Positions 8,400 through 17,635 of a DNA stretch of 64,000 nucleotides are shown piece after piece; position 1 is the stretch's first letter, and the number at the start of each line of letters is the position of its first letter. Both the position numbers and the translations under genes were made by a program. The stretch comes from Chloroflexota bacterium (GTDB taxonomy: Bacteria; Chloroflexota; UBA11872; VXOZ01), in assembly GCA_963663275.1 (NCBI GenBank), contig OY760183.1:640001-704000 (forward strand), given 5' to 3'. Below the pieces are notes generated by a model. That model was not told where the DNA came from. It ran no database searches and worked only from the letters and a program-made list of their open reading frames with translations.

Positions 8400-10388
8400 A
8401 TGCCGCGTGACTTGCCGGTGGGCAACGGCCGCCTGCTCATCTGCTTCGACAACGACTACCGCATCCGCGACGTTTACTATCCCCACGTCGGCCAGGAGGA
8501 CCACGCCCAGGGGCATCCATTCCAATTCGGCGTGTGGGTAGACCACCAGTTCGCCTGGATACACGATAGTTCCTGGCAGAAGTCGCTGCGCTACAACGAA
8601 GACACGCTTGTCACCCACGTCACGGCGCAGAACGACCGCCTGCGTTTGCGGCTCACGCTGCAAGACGCGGTTGACTACAGTTGGGACGTCTTCGTGCGGC
8701 GCATCGAGGTGGAGAACTTGGCCCCCACCGCCCGGGAGGCGCGCCTCTTCTTCCACCACAACTTCTCGCTGGGCGGCATCAGCATCGGCGACACCGCCTA
8801 CTACGATCCCCGCTACCGCTCGCTCATCCACTACAAGGGCAAGATCTTCTTCTGGATGAACGTCATGAACGGCGCCGAGTTCGGGCTGGAATCCTACGCC
8901 ACCGGCACCAAGAACGTGGGCGGTCTGGAGGGCACCTGGCGCGACGCCGAGGACGGCCGCCTGGAAGGCAACCCGATTGCGCAGGGATCCGTGGACAGCA
9001 CCGGCTCCGTCAGCGTCACCGTCGGCGGCGGCGAGACCGCCGCCGTCTACTACTGGATGGCGGTGGGCGACAGCGCCATGGCGGTGGAGGACATGGACCG
9101 CCAGGTGCGCCAGGTCGGCCCGGCCGCCGTGCTCTACCGCACCCAGGAGTACTGGCGGCATTGGGTGCGCAAAGAGGGGTTCGCGCTGGCCGACCTGCCG
9201 CCCGAGATCGGCGCGCTCTTCAACCGCAGCCTGCTCACCATCCAGACCCAGACCGACCACGAAGGCGCGATCATCGCCGCCAACGACAACGACATCGCCC
9301 AGTTCGGACGCGACACCTACTCCTACATGTGGCCGCGCGACGGCGCGCTGGTGGCCTACGCGCTCAGCCGCGCCGGCTATGGCGAGATTTCGCGCCGCTT
9401 CTTCGAGTTCTGCCTGCGCACCATCACGCCCCAAGGCTACATGATGCACAAGTACAATCCCGACGGCTCGGTGGGTTCTTCCTGGCATCCCTGGGCCGCG
9501 CCGGACGGCTCCCGCCAGCACCCGATTCAAGAGGATGAGACCGCCTTGGTCATCTGGGCGCTCTGGCAGCACTTCGAGAAGTATTGGGACGTGGAGTTCA
9601 TCAAGCCCTTCTACGCCTCGTTCATCAAGCCCGCCGCCCAGTTCATGAGCCTCTACCGCGACCTGACCACCGGCCTGCCGGTGCCGTCCTACGACCTGTG
9701 GGAAGAGCGCCACGGCGTGCACGCGCATACGGTGGCCACCGTCTACGCCGGCCTGCAAGCGGCGGCCAACTTTACCGAGACCTTTGGCGAAAACACCTAC
9801 ACGGAGAGTTACCGGCGCACGGCGGAAGAGCTGAAAGAAGCGGCGCTCACGCACATGGTGAACCCGGATACCGGCCTCTTTTCGCGCATGGTCACGCCCC
9901 TGCCCGACGGCACCGTACGCCACGACCCCACCATCGACAGCGCCACCTACGCGCTCTGGTACTTCGGCATGTTGCCGCCCGACGACCCGCTTGTAGTCAA
10001 AGTGATGGAAACGGTACGGGATCGTCTATGGGTGAAGACGGACGTCGGCGGCCTGGCGCGCTACGAAAACGACTACTACCACCAGATCAGCAACAACATC
10101 AGCGTCGTCCCCGGCAACCCGTGGTTCATCTGCACCCTCTGGCTGGCGGAGTGGCACATCGCCAAGGCCACCACACTCGCGGACCTGGAACCGGCGAAGG
10201 AAATCCTGCTCTGGGTCGAGCGCCGCCGCCTGGAGAGCGGCTGCCTGGCCGAGCAAGTCCATCCCTTCACCAACGCGCCCCTCAGCGTCTCACCCCTCAC
10301 CTGGAGCCACGCCACCGTGGTGATGACGGTGAACGCCTACGTGGAGAAGTACAATCTCCTCAAGCAAGGCGAAAACGGTCAACCATAG
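8400..10388 (+). CDS. Glycoside hydrolase family 15 (glucoamylase-like)
   Basis: YSYMWPRDG, QEDET, DLWEER, LAEQV and PLTWSHA motifs. Confidence 0.9.
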   Translation: MPRDLPVGNGRLLICFDNDYRIRDVYYPHVGQEDHAQGHPFQFGVWVDHQFAWIHDSSWQKSLRYNEDTLVTHVTAQNDRLRLRLTLQDAVDYSWDVFVRRIEVENLAPTAREARLFFHHNFSLGGISIGDTAYYDPRYRSLIHYKGKIFFWMNVMNGAEFGLESYATGTKNVGGLEGTWRDAEDGRLEGNPIAQGSVDSTGSVSVTVGGGETAAVYYWMAVGDSAMAVEDMDRQVRQVGPAAVLYRTQEYWRHWVRKEGFALADLPPEIGALFNRSLLTIQTQTDHEGAIIAANDNDIAQFGRDTYSYMWPRDGALVAYALSRAGYGEISRRFFEFCLRTITPQGYMMHKYNPDGSVGSSWHPWAAPDGSRQHPIQEDETALVIWALWQHFEKYWDVEFIKPFYASFIKPAAQFMSLYRDLTTGLPVPSYDLWEERHGVHAHTVATVYAGLQAAANFTETFGENTYTESYRRTAEELKEAALTHMVNPDTGLFSRMVTPLPDGTVRHDPTIDSATYALWYFGMLPPDDPLVVKVMETVRDRLWVKTDVGGLARYENDYYHQISNNISVVPGNPWFICTLWLAEWHIAKATTLADLEPAKEILLWVERRRLESGCLAEQVHPFTNAPLSVSPLTWSHATVVMTVNAYVEKYNLLKQGENGQP

Positions 10389-10391
10389 ACC

Positions 10392-10765
10392 TGTGGATAA
10401 CCTGCCGCTATCCTGTGGATAACGCGGCGGAAGTGGGGGAAACCTGCCCCAAAACAGGTCGCAGGTTGCGGGAAATCCTGCGGATACGTTGCGGATAAGC
10501 CGGGGAATTCTGCCGCTCTGCCGTCTATATCCAGCCGTCGGCGTTGTATATACGTTGGGGATATAGGGGAGACTTTTCCCCGCTTCACAGCAGCAGCCGC
10601 GCCTGGCTTACCCTTCATCCTCTCTCTCCCGCGCTAACGACATCCTTTTCCCAAGCCCTGCAACCAAGCCAATAGCGCGCTACGACTGGCACGATCGCGG
10701 TTTTCCCCACTATCCACAGGACTGACGATGACTGCGGCTGTGTTCTTCTCCCTTTTTCTCTCCCA
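10392..10765. promoter_or_regulatory. DnaA-box cluster, candidate replication origin or datA-like site
   Basis: TGTGGATAA at 10392-10400 and 10414-10422, TGCGGATAA at 10490-10498, tandem TTTTCCCCA-CTATCCACA at 10701-10718 followed by GG, NAN trinucleotides and a pyrimidine tract. Confidence 0.6.
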
Positions 10766-10906
10766 CTTGTAAGTCAAGGTTCGCTCCGTCCGCCTACTCA
10801 GACAACCACACAGCGGATACAATAGACACCGAGCGGCGCGGGACTACATCGAGAACCGTTCCACCGCAAGAGGCGGCTGGCTGCCGCGGCAGCGAATACA
10901 CGGAGC

Positions 10907-12034
10907 GTGACCATGGACGATTCAATCCGCTACACGAAGCAGAAGTACGGCTGCAAGGTCGAGGTCCTGGCGGACGGCAAGCCGGTCTCCAGGCTGCGCA
11001 TCGAGGATTACACAATGCGCCTTGGCGGATCCTGGGTGCGCATGGGCGGCATCGCGGCTGTGGAGACGGATCCGGGGCAGCGCGGCCAAGGCTACGGACG
11101 GCGGCTCTTGGATGGGGCCGTCGCCTACATGCGCCGGAAAGAGTATCCGGTCTCTCTGCTGTTCGGCGTTCCTGACTTCTATCATCGCTTTGGCTACACC
11201 ACGGTCCTGGTGAGCAAGTGCGCGGTGCGCGTGCCCACGGCCGCGGCCGAAACGCTGACCGCAACGCTGCCGGTGCGTGAGGCGGGGCCGGAGGACACGG
11301 AGGCCTTGCTGGCAATCTATCACGCCGACGAGACGGCGCGCAGCGGCAAACTGCGCCGCACGCGGGTCTCGCTCTTTCCGCACCTGGCGCCCGACGCCGA
11401 ATGGTTCTGGGAGGCGCGGCCTATCCTGGTAGCCGAACAGGAGGGCACGCCGGTGGCGTACGCGCTGGGCAACACCGAGTGGCGAGAGGAGAACTCGGAA
11501 TGGCGGGTGTTTCTCCATGAGCTGGAAGCGCCGGCGGCGGTTGCGCACACCGCCGGCACAAGCCTCATCCGCGCGCTGGCGGCGCAGGCGGCGGCCCGGC
11601 GGCAGGAATGGCTGAGCTTCGAGATGCTGCCCGACGCGCCGGTGCTGGACGCGCTGCGGCCAATCGGCTACAGCCAGGAGATTATGTATCGCCGCAATCA
11701 GGGCGGCATGGGGCGTATCATAGACTTGGCCGGCCTGGCGAACGCCCTAGCGGAGCCCCTGTCGCGGCGCAACGAGGCGATGGCTAGCGAGACGCGGGTG
11801 GGAACAATTGTGTTCAGGTGCGGTGGCGAGGAGGCCGAGGTGGAAGTTGGCAGCGGACGGCCGCTTGCGATAACTTTGCCCCAAGACGCCCTTCTGCAAC
11901 TGCTCATGGGCTATCGCGGCATTGGAGAATTGCGCCTGGAGTACCCGGCGTGCGCGGCGGAACAGGACGCAGGGGTAGTGGACGCGCTCTTTCCCAGAGG
12001 CTATCCGTACACGTGGCAGATAGACCACTTCTAG
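10907..12034 (+). CDS. GNAT N-acetyltransferase, Eis-like
   Basis: GGIAAVETDPGQRGQGYG acetyl-CoA motif, FYHRFGY, C-terminal D-H-F. Confidence 0.85.
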   Translation: MTMDDSIRYTKQKYGCKVEVLADGKPVSRLRIEDYTMRLGGSWVRMGGIAAVETDPGQRGQGYGRRLLDGAVAYMRRKEYPVSLLFGVPDFYHRFGYTTVLVSKCAVRVPTAAAETLTATLPVREAGPEDTEALLAIYHADETARSGKLRRTRVSLFPHLAPDAEWFWEARPILVAEQEGTPVAYALGNTEWREENSEWRVFLHELEAPAAVAHTAGTSLIRALAAQAAARRQEWLSFEMLPDAPVLDALRPIGYSQEIMYRRNQGGMGRIIDLAGLANALAEPLSRRNEAMASETRVGTIVFRCGGEEAEVEVGSGRPLAITLPQDALLQLLMGYRGIGELRLEYPACAAEQDAGVVDALFPRGYPYTWQIDHF

Positions 12035-12117
12035 GCGCGTGGGAGCGATTGACGTTCTGTGGCGCGCGCCTCGGATTGCGGCTTGGACGCCCGTTGGCAC
12101 GGCTACACGACGCGCCG

Positions 12118-12310
12118 GTAGGGGCACGACATGTCGTGCCCCTACCGCCATCACATGCCGTAGCGCGGGGGCTTGACCCCCGCCGCAAAGGGGCAATCGG
12201 CGTAGCGCGGGGGCTCGTCCCCCGCCACAGAGGGGCAATCGGCGTAGCGCGGGGGCTTGTCCCCCGCCACAGAGGGGCAATCGGCGTAGCGCGGGGGCTC
12301 GTCCCCCGCC
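12118..12310. repeat. REP-A (12118-12145) followed by a 4x 42-bp tandem array of REP-C
   Basis: GTAG starts at 12160, 12202, 12244, 12286; near-identical linkers. Confidence 0.9.
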
Positions 12311-12401
12311 GGAGGGGGAATTGGCGCGGCGCCGGCGCTTTTGCTCCGCTTCTTGGCATGGAACCAACACACCACCTCACGTATTGGCACAAAGGACGCC
12401 G

Positions 12402-13049
12402 ATGGGCATCGCTGCCGTAATCTTCGACGTGGACGGTCTCATGGCCGATAGCGAGCCGTTGCACCGCGCCGCCTGGCGTGAACTCGGCCGGCAGTGCGGT
12501 TTTCCCACCTATCCCACCGACGCCGCCGAGAGCCTGGGACAGCGCGTCAGCGATAGCATCCACCTGCGCCACGCCCAGGGCCGCTTCAGCCAGGATCCGG
12601 CGGAGATGCTGGACCGCTACCACGACATTCTCAATGCGTTCATCCGGGAGCGGCTGCAACCGAAGTATGGGCTGCGCGCGGCGCTGGACTTCGTGCGCGG
12701 GCGGGGATGGCCGTGCGGCGCGGCCTCTTCCGGGGACAGAGTGTACATCGACGTGGCGCTGGACGTGCTGGGGATACGCGGCTATTTCCAGGCGGTGGCG
12801 ACGGGCGACGAGGTGGCTGAAGGCAAGCCCGATCCGGCGCTCTACCTGCTGGCGGCGGCGCGCCTCGGCGTAGCCCCCACGGACTGCGTGGCGTTGGAAG
12901 ACAGCCCCCGCGGCGTGCAAGCCGCGAAAGCCGCTAGGATGCGCTGCATCGCGGTGCCGGAGGGCGCGCGGACGCTGCCTGAGGCCGACGCGGTGTGCGA
13001 ATCCCTGGTCACGGCAATCGAAGTCCTGCGCCGGTGGGCGCGGGGTTGA
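12402..13049 (+). CDS. HAD-superfamily phosphatase (beta-PGM/CbbY-like)
   Basis: FDVDGLMADSE, GKPDP, LEDS..G motifs. Confidence 0.9.
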   Translation: MGIAAVIFDVDGLMADSEPLHRAAWRELGRQCGFPTYPTDAAESLGQRVSDSIHLRHAQGRFSQDPAEMLDRYHDILNAFIRERLQPKYGLRAALDFVRGRGWPCGAASSGDRVYIDVALDVLGIRGYFQAVATGDEVAEGKPDPALYLLAAARLGVAPTDCVALEDSPRGVQAAKAARMRCIAVPEGARTLPEADAVCESLVTAIEVLRRWARG

Positions 13050-13191
13050 AAGAGAGCAAAGGGCGAGCGCGGCTTCCGGGAACATGCGCCCGCTCACTTC
13101 CAACCCGATCGGTTCTGCTAAACTGATTCTGGGCGCGTGAAAACGAGGACGCCTGGGAATCTGCGCCCGCAACGTGGATAAGGATAGAAGC

Positions 13192-13986
13192 ATGGATAGA
13201 GCGGCGATGCCGAAGAAGCCCGCTGATTTGCGGGCGCTCATTCGGGCCGGTGAGTGGCAGACCACGACGGAGGGCCTGGCGCCGGGGTTCGTGCAGACGA
13301 ACCTGGCGATCGTGCCTCGGGACCTGGCGTTCGACTTTCTCCTCTTCTGCCAGCGCAATCCCCAGCCGTGTCCCGTGCTGGAGGTGCTGGAACCGGGGTC
13401 GCACGAGCCCCGCGAGACGGCGCCCGGCGCGGACATTCGCACCGACGTGCCGCGCTACCGCGTCTACGAGCACGGCGCGCTGGCGGCTGAGGTCACGGAC
13501 ATCACCGACCGCTGGCAAGACGACTTCGTCTCGTTCCTGCTGGGGTGCAGTTTCAGCTTCGAGTCCGCCATGCTGGCCGCCGGCATCCCCCTGCGCCACC
13601 TGCAAGAGGGCAACGACGTGCCGGTCTACGTCACGAATCGGGATACGACAACCGCCGGCGCGTTCTCCGGGCCGCTGGTGGTGAGCATGAGGCCGATTCA
13701 CCATACCCAGGTCGTGCGGGCGGTGCAGACCACGTCGCGCTTTCCGGGCGTGCACGGCGCGCCGGTGCACGTGGGCGATCCGGCGGAGATCGGCATTGCC
13801 GACCTGGACGAGCCCCAGTGGGGCGCGCGCACCGACGTGCGCGCGGGCGAGGTGCCGGTCTTCTGGGCCTGCGGCGTCACGCCGCAAGCGGTCGCCCTGG
13901 CCAGCAAACCGCCACTGATGATCACCCACGCGGCGGGCCACATGTTCCTCACCGACCTGCAGGACGCCCACCTGGCCGTGCTGTAG
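13192..13986 (+). CDS. DUF1445 putative hydro-lyase / D-glutamate cyclase-like protein
   Basis: FCQRNPQPCP, GCSFSFE, VFWACGVTPQ, ITHAAGHM. Confidence 0.85.
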   Translation: MDRAAMPKKPADLRALIRAGEWQTTTEGLAPGFVQTNLAIVPRDLAFDFLLFCQRNPQPCPVLEVLEPGSHEPRETAPGADIRTDVPRYRVYEHGALAAEVTDITDRWQDDFVSFLLGCSFSFESAMLAAGIPLRHLQEGNDVPVYVTNRDTTTAGAFSGPLVVSMRPIHHTQVVRAVQTTSRFPGVHGAPVHVGDPAEIGIADLDEPQWGARTDVRAGEVPVFWACGVTPQAVALASKPPLMITHAAGHMFLTDLQDAHLAVL

Positions 13987-14099
13987 GACGCCCTGCCGGT
14001 TCCCTTCTGCCTGGGCGCCAGCCGCAGCGCCATTCCTGTTCCCTCTCCCAGGGGGGATTGCCGCGGTGCTCTTCCTATTCCCTCTCCCTGGGGAGAGGG

Positions 14100-14615
14100 T
14101 TAGGGTGAGGGGGACGCGCCCGCGCCGGGCGAGACCCCTTCCACCCACACCTCGCCGTCGGCGTAGGCCTCTTTCTTCCAGATGGGCACCGTCTCTTTCA
14201 GGCGGTCGATGGCGAACGCGCAGGCCGCGAACGACTCCTTGCGGTGCGGCGTCGCCACCGCGATCGCCACCGAAACCTCGCCGATTTCCAGCTTGCCGAT
14301 GCGGTGCAGCATGGCCACGCGGCAGTCCGGCCAGCGGGCGTAGACCTCCAGCGCGATTTTGCGCATCTCGGCCTCGGCCATCTCCGGGTAGGCCTCGTAC
14401 GTGAGGCCGGTGACGCTCTTGCCCCGGGCGTGGTTGCGCACCGTGCCGGAGAAGGTGGCCACGGCGCCGTAGGCGTCCGTCAGCACGTGGGGGATCAGTT
14501 CGTCCGCCGTAATTGGCCGCTCCAGGATGCGGAAATGGCCGGTATCGACCTTTTCCGCCGCGGTTTCGGCGGTAGTTGTGGCTGCCGTGTTGGCAGTGGT
14601 GTTCGTCGCAGTCAT
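14100..14615 (-). CDS. moaE: Molybdopterin synthase catalytic subunit
   Basis: FSGTVRN, YEAYPEMA, HRIG.L.IGE, LKETVPIWKKE. Confidence 0.92.
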   Translation of the reverse strand: MTATNTTANTAATTTAETAAEKVDTGHFRILERPITADELIPHVLTDAYGAVATFSGTVRNHARGKSVTGLTYEAYPEMAEAEMRKIALEVYARWPDCRVAMLHRIGKLEIGEVSVAIAVATPHRKESFAACAFAIDRLKETVPIWKKEAYADGEVWVEGVSPGAGASPSP

Positions 14616-14672
14616 CGCTTAGCCGCTCCTCAATGCTTTCACCCTCACCCCGGCCCTCTCCCTCAGGGAGAG

Positions 14673-14998
14673 GGGGTCTTACCCACTTGTCGATCAGACG
14701 CAGGAAGGCTCTTCTCCCGTAGCGCGGGGGCTTGTCCCCCGCCTCTGCCGGCGTGGGTCTTACCCAATTGTCGATCAGGCGCTGGAAGGCTCTTCCCCTG
14801 TAGCGCGGGGGCTAGTCCCCCGCCTCTACCGGCGTGGGTCTTACCCAATTGTCGAACGTACGCTGGAAGGCATTTCTCCCGTAGCGCGGGGGCTAGTCCC
14901 CCGCCTCTGCCGGCGTGGGTCTTACCCAATTGTCGATCGTACGCTGGAAGGCTCATCTCCCGTAGCGCGGGGGCTAGTCCCCCGCCTCTGCCGGCGGG
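14673..14998. repeat. 4x 81-bp tandem array, each unit with REP-C, between moaD and moaE
   Basis: GTAG at 14719, 14800, 14881, 14962. Confidence 0.92.
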
Positions 14999-15002
14999 GC
15001 GT

Positions 15003-15266
15003 TCAGCCGCCGCTTACCGGCGGGATGAAGGCCACCTCGTCGCCGGCGTGGAGCACGGTATCCGCCGACGCGTACGCGCGGTTGACGGAATAAGACACCG
15101 CTGCTTCCGCGCCCGCCAACGCCGGGTACTCGTGAATGAGCCGCGCGAGCACGTCGCCCACCGTCGCGCCGGCGGGCGCCTCTTGTTTCAGCGTGCTTAC
15201 GCCCAGGGTTTCGCGAAAGACCGCGAAGAGCCGCAGGGTAATCGTAATCGATGCGGTCTCTGCCAT
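15003..15266 (-). CDS. moaD: Molybdopterin synthase sulfur carrier subunit
   Basis: LFAVFRE...GDEVAFIPPVSGG with C-terminal GG. Confidence 0.92.
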   Translation of the reverse strand: MAETASITITLRLFAVFRETLGVSTLKQEAPAGATVGDVLARLIHEYPALAGAEAAVSYSVNRAYASADTVLHAGDEVAFIPPVSGG

Positions 15267-15315
15267 GGCGCTCCATCTCCCACCGCCGCGTTGTGCCCCC
15301 AGTATACCAAAGCGA

Positions 15316-15745
15316 CGGGCCGTTCCGGAGAAGGTGTAGACCGTTATGCGCGCAAAGAGGCGGGGGACAAGATCCGATGCCGTCGCGTTAACGTAGCGCG
15401 GGGGCTTGTCCCCCGCCGGAACAAGAGAGATGCGAATGGAATGTATCGACCCTACGAAAGACGCAGGTTACAAACCTGCGCTACCGGAGAAACGAGCGTA
15501 GTTCTCATGTTCATGGCGTTTAATGCGACAGCAATAGGGGCAAGACCCCGCGCTACAGCTCTATGATTGGTGCGGTAGGGGCACGACATGTCGTGCCCCT
15601 ACCGGGACTGGCACGAGCCAAGAGGCGAGGGACAAGCCCCCGCGCTACGGTGGAATGCGCCGGGCCGTGCCGGAGAAGGTGTAGACCGTTACGCGCGAAG
15701 AGGCGGGGGACAAGCCCCCGCGCTACGGTGGAATGCGCCGCGCCG
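15316..15745. repeat. Mixed REP cluster: REP-C x4-5, REP-G (15462-15487), REP-A (15575-15602), duplicated ~55-bp linker
   Basis: CGGGCCGTNCCGGAGAAGGTGTAGACCGTTA occurs at about 15316 and 15661, each followed by a REP-C start. Confidence 0.85.
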
Positions 15746-15872
15746 TGTCGGAGTAAGTATTAACCCTTGCACGCAGCGGTTGCGGTCGGGCGCGTAGTTG
15801 CGCAGGACGCGGCGAGCAGGCTTGACAGATGCCTGCACTCCGGCAATAGTACACGGCAAGGAGGATGGCGTA

Positions 15873-16697
15873 GTGTCTGAGCGGAAGGCGGCGGTTGCAG
15901 AACCGGTCCTCAGCGCCGAGCAGATAGCGTTCTATCACGCGAACGGCTATCTGGTGCTCCCCGGCGTGCTCTCGGCGCGGGAGTTGGCGGCGCTGCGGGC
16001 GGCCGCGGACGCGCTGGACGCGGAGCGGCTCCGGCGCGGCGGCGCGGAGCGCACCGTCGCCATTCACGACGTCATCTTCTTGCAGGAAGCGTTCATGGAA
16101 GCCGCGCACCATCCGGCGCTCATTGGAGCGTCCGTGCAGCTTATCGGCGAGAACCTACATCTGATCCAGGCGCGGGTCCACTGGAAGCCGATCGCGAAGG
16201 GCGAGGGCGCGGTGGACTGGCATCAGGACTACCCGTTTCACCCATTGACCAACTATGACGTGCTGGCGGTGACGTTCCTGCTCGATGACACAACGGCGCG
16301 GAACGGCGCGTTGCAGGCCATACCCGGCAGCCACCGGCGCGGTCCGCTGAACCATCACGACGAAGACGGCGCTTTTGCCGGCCGCTGCACAAATCCCGAC
16401 GATTACGCCGCCGACGTCGCCAACGGCAACCTGTTCGATCTGGAAGGCCCCGCCGGCAGCATGACGATCCACCACGCGAATCTGCTGCACTACACGCACC
16501 CCAACAACAGCGAGACCCCGCGCCGGGCGTTGGTCTACCAGATTGCGGCCGGCGACGCGGCGCTGCTGGGCGGCAACTTCTTCAAGGTCTGGCCGGTCTA
16601 CCTGCACGGCAGCGACCCGTTGACGGCCCGCTTCCTGGACGGCTCGACCCAGCGTTTGCCCCAGCCCTTTCGCAATCAGGGAGGACTGGATAGCTGA
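15873..16697 (+). CDS. Phytanoyl-CoA dioxygenase (PhyH)-family Fe(II)/2OG dioxygenase
   Basis: WHQD, IPGSH, H...H motifs; GTG after AGGAGG; TTGACA-17-AATAGT upstream (15822-15850). Confidence 0.88.
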   Translation: MSERKAAVAEPVLSAEQIAFYHANGYLVLPGVLSARELAALRAAADALDAERLRRGGAERTVAIHDVIFLQEAFMEAAHHPALIGASVQLIGENLHLIQARVHWKPIAKGEGAVDWHQDYPFHPLTNYDVLAVTFLLDDTTARNGALQAIPGSHRRGPLNHHDEDGAFAGRCTNPDDYAADVANGNLFDLEGPAGSMTIHHANLLHYTHPNNSETPRRALVYQIAAGDAALLGGNFFKVWPVYLHGSDPLTARFLDGSTQRLPQPFRNQGGLDS

Positions 16698-16701
16698 GAC
16701 G

Positions 16702-16731
16702 TTGACTTTAAGGGAAACCGCTCCCTATGAT
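16702..16731 (+). promoter_or_regulatory. Sigma70-type promoter with a short dyad in the spacer, upstream of the MerR gene
   Basis: TTGACT-18 bp-TATGAT; AGGGA-N6-TCCCT at 16711-16726. Confidence 0.5.
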
Positions 16732-16809
16732 TAGAGCGCAACCCGTAGGGGTGCGGGACGCGAACAGAATTGGAGCGCAGGTTCTGGGGGGAACCGCTAG
16801 GGAATAATC

Positions 16810-17277
16810 ATGCCTGCGGAACGCTATCTGCAAATCGGCGAGGTGGCGGAGCAACTGGAACTCACACCGCGCACGCTCCGCTATTACGAGGAGATCGGCT
16901 TGCTGGAACCGCCCTCCCGCATGGAAGGCGGCTTCCGGCTCTACTCGGCGGCGGACATCAGCCGCCTGGAAAACATCGTGCAACTCAAGCGGCTGCTGGG
17001 CTTCTCGTTGCGCGATATCAAGCACGTGGTGGAGGCGATGGAGTCGCTCAAGCTCCTGCGCCAGGAGAGCCGGCAGGCCGGCGATCTGGAAACCAAGCGG
17101 GAATCGCTGCGCAAGGCCCTGGAAATCCTGGAAACGCAGCTTGAGGTGCTGGACGGCCGCATGGGGCAGATTGCCGAACTGCGCGACCGCTTCAACGAAC
17201 GCTCGCTGCGCCTGCGCGAACGCTTGCAGCAAATCGAGGCGGAACTCCAAACCGCCGCCGCCAACCCTTCGTCGTAG
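16810..17277 (+). CDS. MerR-family transcriptional regulator
   Basis: IGEVAEQLELTPRTLRYYEEIGLL...GGFRLY. Confidence 0.92.
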   Translation: MPAERYLQIGEVAEQLELTPRTLRYYEEIGLLEPPSRMEGGFRLYSAADISRLENIVQLKRLLGFSLRDIKHVVEAMESLKLLRQESRQAGDLETKRESLRKALEILETQLEVLDGRMGQIAELRDRFNERSLRLRERLQQIEAELQTAAANPSS

Positions 17278-17364
17278 CTACTACTCTCTACCGTCCCGCG
17301 CTCACCGGGAGAAGGCTTTAGCGAAACCTCGCCGAAAGGCGAACAGTTCTTTCTCCCCCGGAGA

Positions 17365-17514
17365 GGCTGACAGGGGTATGCAAATGTCATTCCGAGCGCA
17401 GCGAGGAATCTAAAGTGCTGGACTTGCGGGGCTATACCTTAGATTCCTCTCTCCGCTGGGCTCCGTTCGGAATGACACGTGAAGTCGATTATAGAATACA
17501 TACCCCTGTCAGCC
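17365..17514. mobile_element. ~150-bp MITE (family F) with TIRs GGCTGACAGGGGTATG / CATACCCCTGTCAGCC
   Basis: 16-bp perfect TIRs; homologous copy at 21329-21479; internal GTCATTCCGAGC...GGAATGAC hairpin. Confidence 0.8.
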
Positions 17515-17635
17515 CGGGAGAGGGGAGCAAAGAGCGCATCCGCTTCCCTCTCCCCGGAAGAGGGAAGCAAGGAACGCATCCGATTCCCTCTCTTGGGGGA
17601 GAGGGTTAGGGTGAGGGGAAGAAAAGGAGAATCTC

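Noticed and set aside
7977-9923. Long antisense ORFs (648 aa here; also 6296-8005, 21404-22996, 27793-29577, 38698-40629, 45705-47783)
   Set aside because: Shadow frames of well-supported genes in high-GC DNA, with no motifs.
12160-12310. CRISPR-like array (also considered for 14673-14998, 33342-33517 and 36855-37190)
   Set aside because: The spacers are near-identical to each other, the repeats are dispersed REPs, and no cas genes are present.
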